NCBI GenBank assembly: GCA_041488455.1
Contig: JBGPPG010000003.1
Span: 2,445-66,444, forward strand
Direction of reading: 5' to 3'
DNA length: 64,000 nt
DNA from: Gemmatimonadota bacterium
Lineage (GTDB): Bacteria; Gemmatimonadota; Gemmatimonadetes; Gemmatimonadales; GWC2-71-9
Under the pieces are notes generated by a model. It was not told the DNA's origin, did not search any database, and worked only from the letters and a program-made list of their open reading frames with translations. Below are positions 1 through 8,360 of the stretch, piece by piece; the first letter of the stretch is position 1, and each line of letters begins with the position of its first letter. The position numbers were made by a program, and so were the translations under genes.

Positions 1-1
1 G

Positions 2-238
2 CATCGGAGGACCGCCGCCCTTGCGTCCCGGGCGGCGACCCTGCTGCACCGCGGGCCCCTCTCGATCGAGATCCGCGAGTTCATCCGCAAGAGTCTCGAG
101 GACGAGGCGGACTGGAGCCGCGACGTGATCGAGGCCCGACTAGCCCCGCACATCTACCTGGGGCCGGCCTGGTTCGCGCGCGATCCTGCCGGCTGGAGCC
201 CGCTCGGGTGGTATCCCTACGGCGTTCCGCCGCCCTGA
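2..238 (+). CDS. 3' end of an unidentified protein-coding gene (partial, runs off the left edge)
   Basis: The frame is open from position 2 to TGA at 236-238. The translation ...LSIEIREFIRKSLEDEADWSRDVIEARLAPHIYLGPAWFARDPAGWSPLGWYPYGVPPP has ordinary composition, unlike the Arg/Pro/Gly-rich shadow frames. No family was recognised. Confidence 0.3.
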   Translation, partial: HRRTAALASRAATLLHRGPLSIEIREFIRKSLEDEADWSRDVIEARLAPHIYLGPAWFARDPAGWSPLGWYPYGVPPP

Positions 239-792
239 CGCGGCGCCGGAACGGGGCGCCGCGTCAGCAGCAGCTCGGTGACGCCGCTTTGCGTGACGCG
301 CTCCTGGATGTCCGTGAAGCGCACGAGCAGGTCGATCATTCGCGCGTTGCCGGCCAGCACGTACGCGCGGAAACGCCGGACCCCGCGCGCCTCGGCCGCG
401 GCGAGTAGCGCATCGAGCATGAGGGTGCCGAGGCCGCGATTCTGCCAGCCGTCCTGGATCACGAAGGCGATCTCGGCGGTGTCCGCGTGATCGGTGTGGT
501 CGTAGCGGGCCACCCCGACCAGCTCGGGGGCCTCAGGGGGCCCGTGCTCGGCGAGCAGCGCGAGCCGGCGCTCGTAGTCCACGTTGGCGAGCAGACGCGC
601 CCAGTCGGGCGGCAGGCGCTTCATCACCGCGAAGAAGCGCTGGTAGGCGGTATGACGGCTCAGGCCGTCATAGAACGCGCTCAGCCGATTCTGGTCCTCG
701 GGGCGGATCGGCCGCAGGCGCAGCCGCGATCCGTCCCGCAGGGTGATCTCGCGCTCGAGCTCCTTCGGGTATGCCGCCATCGGCGTGCCCAT
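217..792 (-). CDS. GNAT family N-acetyltransferase (Pat/protein-lysine-acetyltransferase-like GNAT domain)
   Basis: 191-aa ORF. LRLRPIRPEDQNRLSAFYDGLSRHTAYQRFF and the acetyl-CoA-binding QNRGLG motif are typical of the GNAT domain of Pat-type acetyltransferases. Confidence 0.8.
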   Translation of the reverse strand: MGTPMAAYPKELEREITLRDGSRLRLRPIRPEDQNRLSAFYDGLSRHTAYQRFFAVMKRLPPDWARLLANVDYERRLALLAEHGPPEAPELVGVARYDHTDHADTAEIAFVIQDGWQNRGLGTLMLDALLAAAEARGVRRFRAYVLAGNARMIDLLVRFTDIQERVTQSGVTELLLTRRPVPAPRQGGGTP

Positions 793-809
793 TGTAGCGG
801 GTCGCGCAG

Positions 810-3455
810 GTGAGCGACATCTCGACGGCGCCCGCTGCCGAGGCGGGGCTCACGACGCTCGAGGCCCGACGCCGTCTTCGCCAGCTCGGCCCCAATCGCG
901 TCGCCGAACAGGGCGATGTGCCGCTGTGGCAGCTGGCGCTCGCCCAGTTCCGGAGCCTCGTGGTCCTGCTGCTGCTTGCCGCCTCCGGCATCGCGTGGGC
1001 GCTGGGTGAACGGGCCGAGGCGGCGGCGATCCTCGGCGCGCTCGGGCTGAACGCGGCGATCGGCTTCGGCTCCGAGTGGCGCGCCCGGCTGTCGCTGGCC
1101 AGGCTGCGCGCGCTCGCGGTGCCGCAGGCGATGGTCCGGCGAGACGGGTACGTGACCCGGATCGCTACCGCGGAGCTCGTGCCGGGCGACGTGCTCATCC
1201 TGGACGCTGGGGCGTCGGTGCCCGCGGACGCACGGCTGCTGCGGGCCGCGGCCCTGCAGGTGAATGAATCCACCCTGACCGGCGAGAGCGCGGCCGTCTG
1301 GAAGGACGCCGCCGCGCAGTCGGGGCCCGATACCCCGCTGGCCGAGCGCGCAAACATGCTCTACCTCGGCACCACGATCCTGTCCGGCAGCAGCGTCGCT
1401 CTCGTCACCGCCACCGGGCCCGCGACGGAGCTCGGGCGGATCGGCCGGCTGGTGGCGTCCGCCGGCTCGCGTGCGACGCCGCTCGAGGGTCAGGTGGAGT
1501 CACTGGGCCGGCGACTGATCGTGCTGGCGGTCGGGATCTGCGCGGTGGTGGGCATGGCCGGCATCCTGCACGGGGAGCCGGTGGGGTTGATGCTCGAGAC
1601 CGCGATCAGCCTGGCCGTCGCCGCCGTGCCCGAGGGCCTGCCGGCGGTGGTCTCGCTCGCGCTGGCCGCCGGCCTCTGGCGCCTCGCGCGCCACGGGGCG
1701 CTCGTCCGGCGCCTGGCCGCGGTGGAGACGCTCGGATCGGCCACCGTGATCTGCGCGGACAAGACCGGGACCATGACCGAGAACCAGATGACGGTGACCT
1801 CGCTCCGATTCGGCGGCCGTCGGATCACGGTGGGCGGAGGCGGCCGCTCGACCGCGGGAAGCTTCGCGGACGAAGCCGGCCGCATCGTCACCCCGCTCGC
1901 CGATCCGCATCTCACGCTGCTGCTCACCGCGGCGACGTTGTGCAACGACGCGAGCCTCCGGGCCGCGCCCGACGGGCTTCATCTCGTTGGCGATCCGACC
2001 GAGTCGGCCTTGCTGGTAGCGGCGGTCAAGGCCGGGCTCGATCCGGCCGACCTGGCGCGGGCCTGGCCTCGCCGCCGCGAGATCCCGTTCGATCCGGCGA
2101 CGCGCATGATGGCGACCTTTCACATGATGCCGGGCCACGTCATGCCGGGGGCGGGGGCCGTGCTCCTGGTCAAGGGCGCCCCCAGCGTGATCGTGGAGCG
2201 GGTGACGCGCTATCACACGGCCGCGGGCCCGGTCGCGCTGAGCGACGAGGATCGGGTCCGCCTGCTCGAGGAGAACCGGGACCTGGCTCGCGAGGGATTT
2301 CGCGTGCTCGCGTTCGCGTGGCGCCCGGTCCCGTCGATCGAGGACGCGACCGTGGAGGAGCTCACGTTCCTCGGCCTCGTCGGATTCGTGGATCCGGTGC
2401 GTTCCGGGGTGGCGGACGCCATCGCGGCCTGTCGAGAGGCCGGCATCCGCACGATCATGCTCACCGGCGACCAGGAGCTCACCGCCCTGACGGTGGGGCG
2501 TCAGCTCGGCCTCGAGCCGGAGGCGATCCGGAGCCGGGTCAGTCCGGAGGGCAAGCTCGAGCTGGTGGCCGAGCTGCAGGCCCGGGGTGAGATCGTGGCT
2601 ATGACCGGTGACGGCGTCAACGACGCCCCCGCGCTCGTCCGCGCCGATATCGGCGTGGCGATGGGCCGGCGCGGCACCGACGTGGCACGCGAGTCGGCCG
2701 ATCTGGTGCTCATCGACGACAACTTCGCGACCATCGTCGAGGCGGTGAAGGAAGGCCGCGTCATCTACGCCAATCTCCGGAAGGTCATCCGGTTTCTCTT
2801 CTCGTGCAACCTCTCCGAGATCCTCACCATCTTCGTGGCCATCCTGTTCGGCTATCCCACGCCGCTCCTGCCGCTGCAGATCCTCTGGGTGAACCTGGTC
2901 ACCGACATCCTGCCCGCGATCGCGCTGATCCGGGATCCGGCCGACGACGATGCCATGCGGCACCCCCCTCGCGATCCCACCGAGGCGCTGGTCACCTGGC
3001 GGTCGGGCGCCCGCATCCTGGGCGAGGGCGCACTGCTGGCGGCCGGGGTGCTCAGCATCTATCTCTGGACGGTCTGGCGGGATGGTCCCGGGGCGTCAGC
3101 CAGCACCATGGCCTTCATGGCGCTGGTTCTGATCCATCCGTTCCAGGCCATGAGCTGTCGGTCGGAGCGACTCAACTGGTGGCAGCTCCGGCCCAATCCA
3201 TGGATCCCGCTGTCGCTGTTGGCGCTCTTCGCGCTGCAGTGGCTCACGATCACATGGGCGCCGCTGGCCCGCCTGCTCGGCACCAGGCCCCTGACCGGCG
3301 CCGACTGGCTCGTCCTGGCGCTGGGCGTGCTGTGGCCGGTAGCCCTGCTGGAGGCCGTCAAGGCCTGGGGCCGCTTCACCACATTGAGGCCTATCTACCC
3401 CACCGTGAGGACCCACGATGAGCCGCAATCAGCGAGAACACCGCGAAAGAATTGA
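810..3455 (+). CDS. P-type cation-transporting ATPase (P2/Ca-Mg type)
   Basis: 881-aa ORF with a GTG start. It has the phosphorylation motif CADKTGTMTEN, the hinge motif TGDGVNDAPAL and multiple C-terminal TM segments. Confidence 0.9.
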   Translation: MSDISTAPAAEAGLTTLEARRRLRQLGPNRVAEQGDVPLWQLALAQFRSLVVLLLLAASGIAWALGERAEAAAILGALGLNAAIGFGSEWRARLSLARLRALAVPQAMVRRDGYVTRIATAELVPGDVLILDAGASVPADARLLRAAALQVNESTLTGESAAVWKDAAAQSGPDTPLAERANMLYLGTTILSGSSVALVTATGPATELGRIGRLVASAGSRATPLEGQVESLGRRLIVLAVGICAVVGMAGILHGEPVGLMLETAISLAVAAVPEGLPAVVSLALAAGLWRLARHGALVRRLAAVETLGSATVICADKTGTMTENQMTVTSLRFGGRRITVGGGGRSTAGSFADEAGRIVTPLADPHLTLLLTAATLCNDASLRAAPDGLHLVGDPTESALLVAAVKAGLDPADLARAWPRRREIPFDPATRMMATFHMMPGHVMPGAGAVLLVKGAPSVIVERVTRYHTAAGPVALSDEDRVRLLEENRDLAREGFRVLAFAWRPVPSIEDATVEELTFLGLVGFVDPVRSGVADAIAACREAGIRTIMLTGDQELTALTVGRQLGLEPEAIRSRVSPEGKLELVAELQARGEIVAMTGDGVNDAPALVRADIGVAMGRRGTDVARESADLVLIDDNFATIVEAVKEGRVIYANLRKVIRFLFSCNLSEILTIFVAILFGYPTPLLPLQILWVNLVTDILPAIALIRDPADDDAMRHPPRDPTEALVTWRSGARILGEGALLAAGVLSIYLWTVWRDGPGASASTMAFMALVLIHPFQAMSCRSERLNWWQLRPNPWIPLSLLALFALQWLTITWAPLARLLGTRPLTGADWLVLALGVLWPVALLEAVKAWGRFTTLRPIYPTVRTHDEPQSARTPRKN

Positions 3456-3465
3456 GCACGCGCGT

Positions 3466-3481
3466 TGGCACCCGCGTTGCT
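3466..3481 (+). promoter_or_regulatory. sigma-54 (-24/-12) promoter candidate, TGGCAC-N5-TTGCT
   Basis: The sequence TGGCACccgcgTTGCT matches the TGGCACG-N4-TTGCW consensus in GG/GC spacing and in the flanking T residues. It lies in the 39-nt gap between the ATPase stop and the HPF-like ATG. Confidence 0.55.
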
Positions 3482-3494
3482 CTCTCAACCCGAC

Positions 3495-3893
3495 ATGACT
3501 ACCAACGTGGAGCCCATCAAGATCACCGGGCTGGAGCGGGATCCGCTGCGCGGTCGGGTCACGCGGCTCATGACCGAGGCCATCGCGAAGCTGGCCGTCG
3601 CGCCGGTCAGGGGGCAGGCCTCATTCTTCGACGACAACGGGCCGAAGGGCGGCCGGGCCATGCGATGCGCGCTGACCGTGCGGCTGCCGTTCCGGCCGAG
3701 CATCCGCGTGGAGCGGAGCGCCGTGACGCCCCGCCTCGCCTTCGACGCGACCTTTGCGGTGCTTGAGCGCCAGCTCGAGCGGTATCGCGAGCGGGATCGT
3801 GACAACAAGCGGCACCCCAAGAAGTACTTCGCCGCGGGCCGGGCGGTCGCGGGCGGGACGCCGGCGCCGCGAAAGCGGGCGCGGCGCGGATAA
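3495..3893 (+). CDS. HPF/RaiA (sigma-54 modulation/S30EA) family ribosome-associated protein, divergent
   Basis: IKITG...(helix)...FFDDNGPKGGRAMRCALTVRL...FDATFAVLERQLERYRER follows the beta-alpha-beta-beta-beta-alpha pattern and the DxNGPKGG..C signature seen in short HPF-like proteins. The start is taken at ATG 3495; the track ORF begins at 3465. Confidence 0.6.
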   Translation: MTTNVEPIKITGLERDPLRGRVTRLMTEAIAKLAVAPVRGQASFFDDNGPKGGRAMRCALTVRLPFRPSIRVERSAVTPRLAFDATFAVLERQLERYRERDRDNKRHPKKYFAAGRAVAGGTPAPRKRARRG

Positions 3894-3906
3894 CGGAGGC
3901 TTGGCC

Positions 3907-5034
3907 ATGGACCTGCGGGCCCGACTGACCGCGCTCGGCAAGATAGACCGCGCCCCGGCCCCGGTGGTGACGGCCTACTTGAACACCCGGTGGGCGGACG
4001 AGCACCAGCGTGACCGCGTCCGGATCTTCCTCAAGAATCAGCTGGCGGAAGCCCGGCGCGCGCCGGGCCGGCGGGCGGCGGAGGCCGACCTGGACTGGGT
4101 GGAAGCCCAGGGTGAGGCGCTGCTGAACCAGACCGTGATGCCCGATACCGGCGGCGTCGCCCTCTTCGCGTGTGAGGCGCTGGGGCTCCGCGACATCCTG
4201 CCGAGCCGGCTGCCGTTCGAGAACAGCTTCACGGTGGCCGAGACGCCGCACCTTCGGCCGCTGCTGGAGCTCGACGAGAAGGCGCCGTCAACCCTGGTGG
4301 TATTCATCGACGCGGAGAGCGCGCGGCTGGCCCCGCTCACCGCCAGCGGAGTCGGCGAGGAAGTCGCGCTCCGGAGCGACGTGCCGGGCCACCACAGCCG
4401 GGGCGGCTGGGCGCAGTTAGCGCAGTCTCGCTATCAGCGGCACACCCAGGACCACCGGGCCCGGCATTTCGAGGCCGTGGTGGCGAGCCTGACCGGGCTC
4501 GTCGACGACCACGGCCTGCGGCGGATCGTGCTCGCGGGCGAGCCCCGCAACGTCGCCGTGTTCCGCCGGGAGCTTCCGCCGCGGATCGCCGCGTACGTCC
4601 TCGGGACCGTGGCCGGCGCCCGGCATGAAGCCCTCGGGCTCATCGTCGATCGGGCGGCCGAGTATCTCTCGCACGTGGAGGGGCAACGGGAGGCCGAAGG
4701 GGTCGACGCGACGCTGACCGCGGCGGCCAAGCGGGGCAAGGCGACGGCAGGGCTAGACGCCACCCTCGAGGCCATCAACCGGGGTGCGGTCCACCGACTC
4801 TATCTCCTCAAGGGATGGCGAACGCCCGGCCGTCGCTGCGGTGAGTGCGGCGTGCTGCGGGATGGGTTCTCCTGGAGCTGTCCGACCTGCGGCGGCGAGG
4901 CGCAGACGGTGGAGCTCGGCGAAGCGATGGCGGAGCGCGTCGCCGCCGCCGGAGGGACCATCGAGAGCATCGAGGTCCACCAGCCGCTTGCAGCGGTGGG
5001 AGGCATCGCGGCCGAGCTCCGTTATCCGCTGTGA
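3907..5034 (+). CDS. eRF1/Pelota-fold protein, bacterial archaeo-eukaryotic release factor (baeRF/host-attachment-like) family
   Basis: The start is ATG 3907 inside track ORF 3754-5034. The central segment HHSRGGWAQLAQSRYQRH aligns with the eRF1 GGQ-loop region (HGRGGQSALRFARLR). The C-terminal eRF1 domain-3-like region carries a CxxC...CxxC insert (CGECG..CPTCGG). Confidence 0.65.
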   Translation: MDLRARLTALGKIDRAPAPVVTAYLNTRWADEHQRDRVRIFLKNQLAEARRAPGRRAAEADLDWVEAQGEALLNQTVMPDTGGVALFACEALGLRDILPSRLPFENSFTVAETPHLRPLLELDEKAPSTLVVFIDAESARLAPLTASGVGEEVALRSDVPGHHSRGGWAQLAQSRYQRHTQDHRARHFEAVVASLTGLVDDHGLRRIVLAGEPRNVAVFRRELPPRIAAYVLGTVAGARHEALGLIVDRAAEYLSHVEGQREAEGVDATLTAAAKRGKATAGLDATLEAINRGAVHRLYLLKGWRTPGRRCGECGVLRDGFSWSCPTCGGEAQTVELGEAMAERVAAAGGTIESIEVHQPLAAVGGIAAELRYPL

Positions 5035-5867
5035 ACCGCGTGGCGGCGCGCCCTCCCGATCAGGATGCCCGACTGTCGCTGGCGCTGACCGTTGCCGACG
5101 AGGCCGGACGCCTCGCGATCACCGAGCAACCAGGCGCGACGGTGCGGTTCAAGGGGCCGGGTAATCGGGTCACCGCGGCGGATCTCCGGATCCAGCACGG
5201 GATGACCAGCGCCATCGCGCGGCGCTTCCCCCAGGACGGCATCGTGGCCGTGGAAGGCGACGTCCGGCAGGTCGGGGATCGCGAGTTCACCTGGATCGTC
5301 GACCCTCTGGACGGAACGAACAACTATGCGCTGGGCATCCCGTGCTTCGCGATCTCGGTTGGGCTCCTCCGCGGCGGGGAGCCGTATGCGGGGGCCGTTC
5401 ACGAGCCCAACACCGGATTCCGCTGCTGGGCGCTGCGAGGGCACGGGGCCTTCGCGGGCGACCGGCGCCTGACGCTGGCGCCGCGCGACCTCGACGCCGC
5501 CTCCAATATCGCGGTGCGCGTTCCGGTCGCCGCCGTTCTCGAGCCGCTGGTCACCCGATGGCTACGCGAGCACAAGTTCCGGAATTTCGGCTCGGTGGCC
5601 CTTCATCTGGCCTTCGCCGCGCTCGGTGCCGTGGATCTCGTCCTGGACCACAAGGCCACGCTGTGGGACCTGGCCGCGGGAGCGGTCGTGCTCCTCGAGG
5701 CCGGCGGCTGTATCACGAGCCCGGAGGGTCGCCCGCTCTTTCCCTTCGACGTGGCCGGGTACCGGGGCGCTTCCGTCCCGTTCCTGGCCGGCAATCCACT
5801 CGCCCACGCCGCCGCGGCCACCTCCTGCCGGGCGCTCGTCCCTGCCGTGGGATCGCACGAGTGGTAG
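5031..5867 (+). CDS. inositol monophosphatase (IMPase/SuhB/CysQ) family phosphatase
   Basis: WIVDPLDGTNNYALGIP is the IMPase metal-binding signature. GTG 5031 overlaps the upstream stop as GTGA. The longer track ORF (4845-) overlaps the previous gene. Confidence 0.85.
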   Translation: MNRVAARPPDQDARLSLALTVADEAGRLAITEQPGATVRFKGPGNRVTAADLRIQHGMTSAIARRFPQDGIVAVEGDVRQVGDREFTWIVDPLDGTNNYALGIPCFAISVGLLRGGEPYAGAVHEPNTGFRCWALRGHGAFAGDRRLTLAPRDLDAASNIAVRVPVAAVLEPLVTRWLREHKFRNFGSVALHLAFAALGAVDLVLDHKATLWDLAAGAVVLLEAGGCITSPEGRPLFPFDVAGYRGASVPFLAGNPLAHAAAATSCRALVPAVGSHEW

Positions 5868-5874
5868 CGCGATC

Positions 5875-8338
5875 ATGACGCGTCGACTCGAGCCGGCTGA
5901 TCTCCGCGCGGTCTGCGATCCGGGCGCGCTGCCGTTTCGATCCACTGCCGAGCTGCCGCCGGTGGACGGGTTGATCGGACAGGAGCGCGCGGCGACCGCC
6001 ACCGCGTTCGGCGTGGGCATGCGCCACCCCGGCTACAATCTCTTCGTCCTCGGTCCGGCCCGCACCGGCAAGACCTCGTCGATGAAGCGGGAGCTCACCC
6101 GGGCCGCCGAGCGCGAGCCGGTGCCGCCCGACTACTGCTACGTACACAACTTCGCGGATCCGTACCGGCCCACCGCGCTCGAGGTGCCCGCCGGGCGCGG
6201 GCTCCGGGAGCACATGCGTCGGCTGGCCGAGGAATGCCGGATGCGTCTCCCCCGGGCCTTCGAGAGCGAGGAGTTCGAGCAGCAGAAGTCCAAGATCCTG
6301 GAGGACCTGGGTCGGCGCCAGCAGGAAGAGATGAACCACCTGGAGCAAGTCGCCCGGGCCCACCGGTTCGCGGTCCTCCGCACACCGGCCGGAATGGGCC
6401 TCGCTCCCGCGCCACACGGCGAGCCGTTGAGCCCGTCGGACTACGCGGCCCTTCCCGACGCGGTGAAGCAGGAGATGCAACGGGAGAGCACGGCCGTCGA
6501 GCAGCAGATGGACATGTCCCTGCGCCGGATCCGGCAGGTCGAGCGCGAGGCGCGGGACGCCCACGAGCGGCTGGTCCGTGAGGTGGTGGCGGCGGCGGTC
6601 CGTCCGCTGGTCCAGGAGCTTCTCGAGGAATTCGCCGGGCTGCCCGACGTCGAGCGATATCTGACGGAGGTGGAACAGGACCTGGTGGCCCACGCCGAGG
6701 AGCTCCGCGGCACCGCCGAGATGAAGCCGGTGCTGCCCTTCATGCCGACTCCCGGGCGCTTCCTGGACCGCTACGAGGTCAATGTCCTGGTGGACCGCCA
6801 TGGGCTCTCCGGCGCGCCGGTGGTGCTCGAGCCGAATCCCACCTGGCAACCTGATGGGGCGCACCGAGCACCGGGCGCACTTCGGCACCCTGGTGACGGA
6901 TTTCAGCCTCATCCGGTCCGGGGCACTGCACCGGGGGAATGGGGGCTACCTGGTCCTGGACGCCGTCGATGTGCTGCGCCATCCGCTGGTCTGGGACGCG
7001 CTCAAGAAGGCGCTCAAGACCCGATCGATACGGATCGAGGACCCGCTGGAGGAATGGCGGATGGCCAGCAGCGCGGGCCTCGCGCCCCAGCCCATTCCGC
7101 TCTCGGTCAAGGTGGTCCTGATCGGCAGCCCGTTCCTCTACTATCTGCTGTCGGCCCTCGACGAGGATTTCCACGAGCTGTTCAAGGTCAAGGTGGATTT
7201 CGACGACTCGCTGGCGCGCACCTCGGACTTCGAGCTGCTCTACGCCCGGTTCGTCGGCAGCGCCTGCCGGGAGGAAGGACTCCTCGCGTTCTCCGCGGAC
7301 GGGATCGCCCGGCTCATCGAGCACTGCAGCCGGCTCATCGCCGATCGGGGCCGCCTGACCTCGCGGCTGGGCGACGTGCTGGATCTGGTTCGCGAGTCCT
7401 CGTTCTGGGCCGGTCAGCGCGGTCACGCGCTCGTCGCGGCCGACGACGTCGATCACTCGATCGCGCAGGAGACGTATCGCGCGAACCTCCTGGAGGAGCG
7501 CACGCGCCGGATCATCACCGAAGGCACGCAGCTCATCGACACCGAGAGGCGCGCGGTAGGCCAGGTCAACGGCATCTCGGTACTGGCCCTCGGCGACCAT
7601 GTCTTCGGCCGCCCCGCGCGGAGCACCGCGCGCACCCACGCGGGCGAGCCGGGGGTGGTGGACATCGAGCGGGAGGCCAAGCTGGGCGGGCCGATCCACT
7701 CCAAGGGGGTGATGATCCTGGCCGGCTACGTGGCGGGGTGCTACGCACGGGAGCGCCCGCTGGCGCTCTCGGCGTCCATCGCGTTCGAGCAGCAGTACGA
7801 GGAGGTCGAGGGCGACAGCGCGTCATCCGCCGAGTTGTACGCCCTGCTCTCGAGTCTTACCGGCATCCCGCTCGATCAGGCGATCGCAGTCACCGGCTCG
7901 GTGAACCAGCGCGGGGAGATCCAGCCGATCGGCGCGGTGAACGAGAAGATCGAGGGCTTCTTCGACGTCTGCCAGGCCCGCGGACTCACCGGCCGCCAGG
8001 GGATGCTGATCCCGGAGGCAAATACCCGGCACCTGATGCTCCGCCGGGACGTGGTGGAAGCGGTGCGCGCGGGCCGCTTCCACGTGTACGCGGTCACCAC
8101 GGTCGACGAGGGACTGGCGCTGCTGACCGGACGCGAGGGCGGTGAGCGGGGAGCCGACGACCGGTACCCGGACGGCAGTGTCAATGCGGCCGTGGAGCGC
8201 GCCCTGGCGGCCAACGTCGAGCGCCTCAAGAAGATGCGGGCGGAGAAGCCTCACCTGATCGTCCAACCGGCCGAGGATCCGGTGGAGCCCTGGTCGTCCA
8301 TCCCGGACGGACGGCCGACCGGGCGCAAGGAGGAATGA
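5875..8338 (+). pseudogene. Lon-like ATP-dependent protease (AAA+ domain plus Lon C-terminal Ser-Lys protease domain; LonB/YcbZ-like), interrupted by a +1 frame change near 6847
   Basis: The N-terminal half is in frame 1: MTRRLEP..., Walker A GPARTGKT, up to ...VVLEPNPTW. It continues without loss of similarity in frame 2: NLMGRTEHRAHFGTLVTDFSLIRSGALHRGNGGYLVLD ... GDSASSAELYALLSSL ... GAVNEKIEGF. Read together the two give a normal ~820-aa protein. Confidence 0.75.
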
Positions 8339-8360
8339 GCGTGAGGACACGGTGGACGGA

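Noticed and set aside
1500-2963. A long antisense ORF (487 aa) opposite the P-type ATPase. Similar long ORFs lie opposite other strong genes: 9413-10741, 13413-15329, 17385-19244, 26987-28525, 27828-29084, 43109-44089 and 61615-62505.
   Set aside because: All are Arg/Pro/Gly/His-rich low-complexity translations lying antisense to genes with unmistakable family motifs. They are typical stop-codon-poor shadow frames in high-GC DNA.
5626-5874. The upstream extension of the Lon-like ORF, and similar N-terminal extensions of track ORFs 3754-3906, 4845-5030, 23782-24258, 25760-27001, 42869-43093, 53313-53606 and 57969-58331.
   Set aside because: The extensions overlap the well-supported upstream gene in another frame and have shadow-frame composition. 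Conserved N-termini with sensible start codons (often ATGA/GTGA overlaps or an RBS) lie at the internal positions I used.
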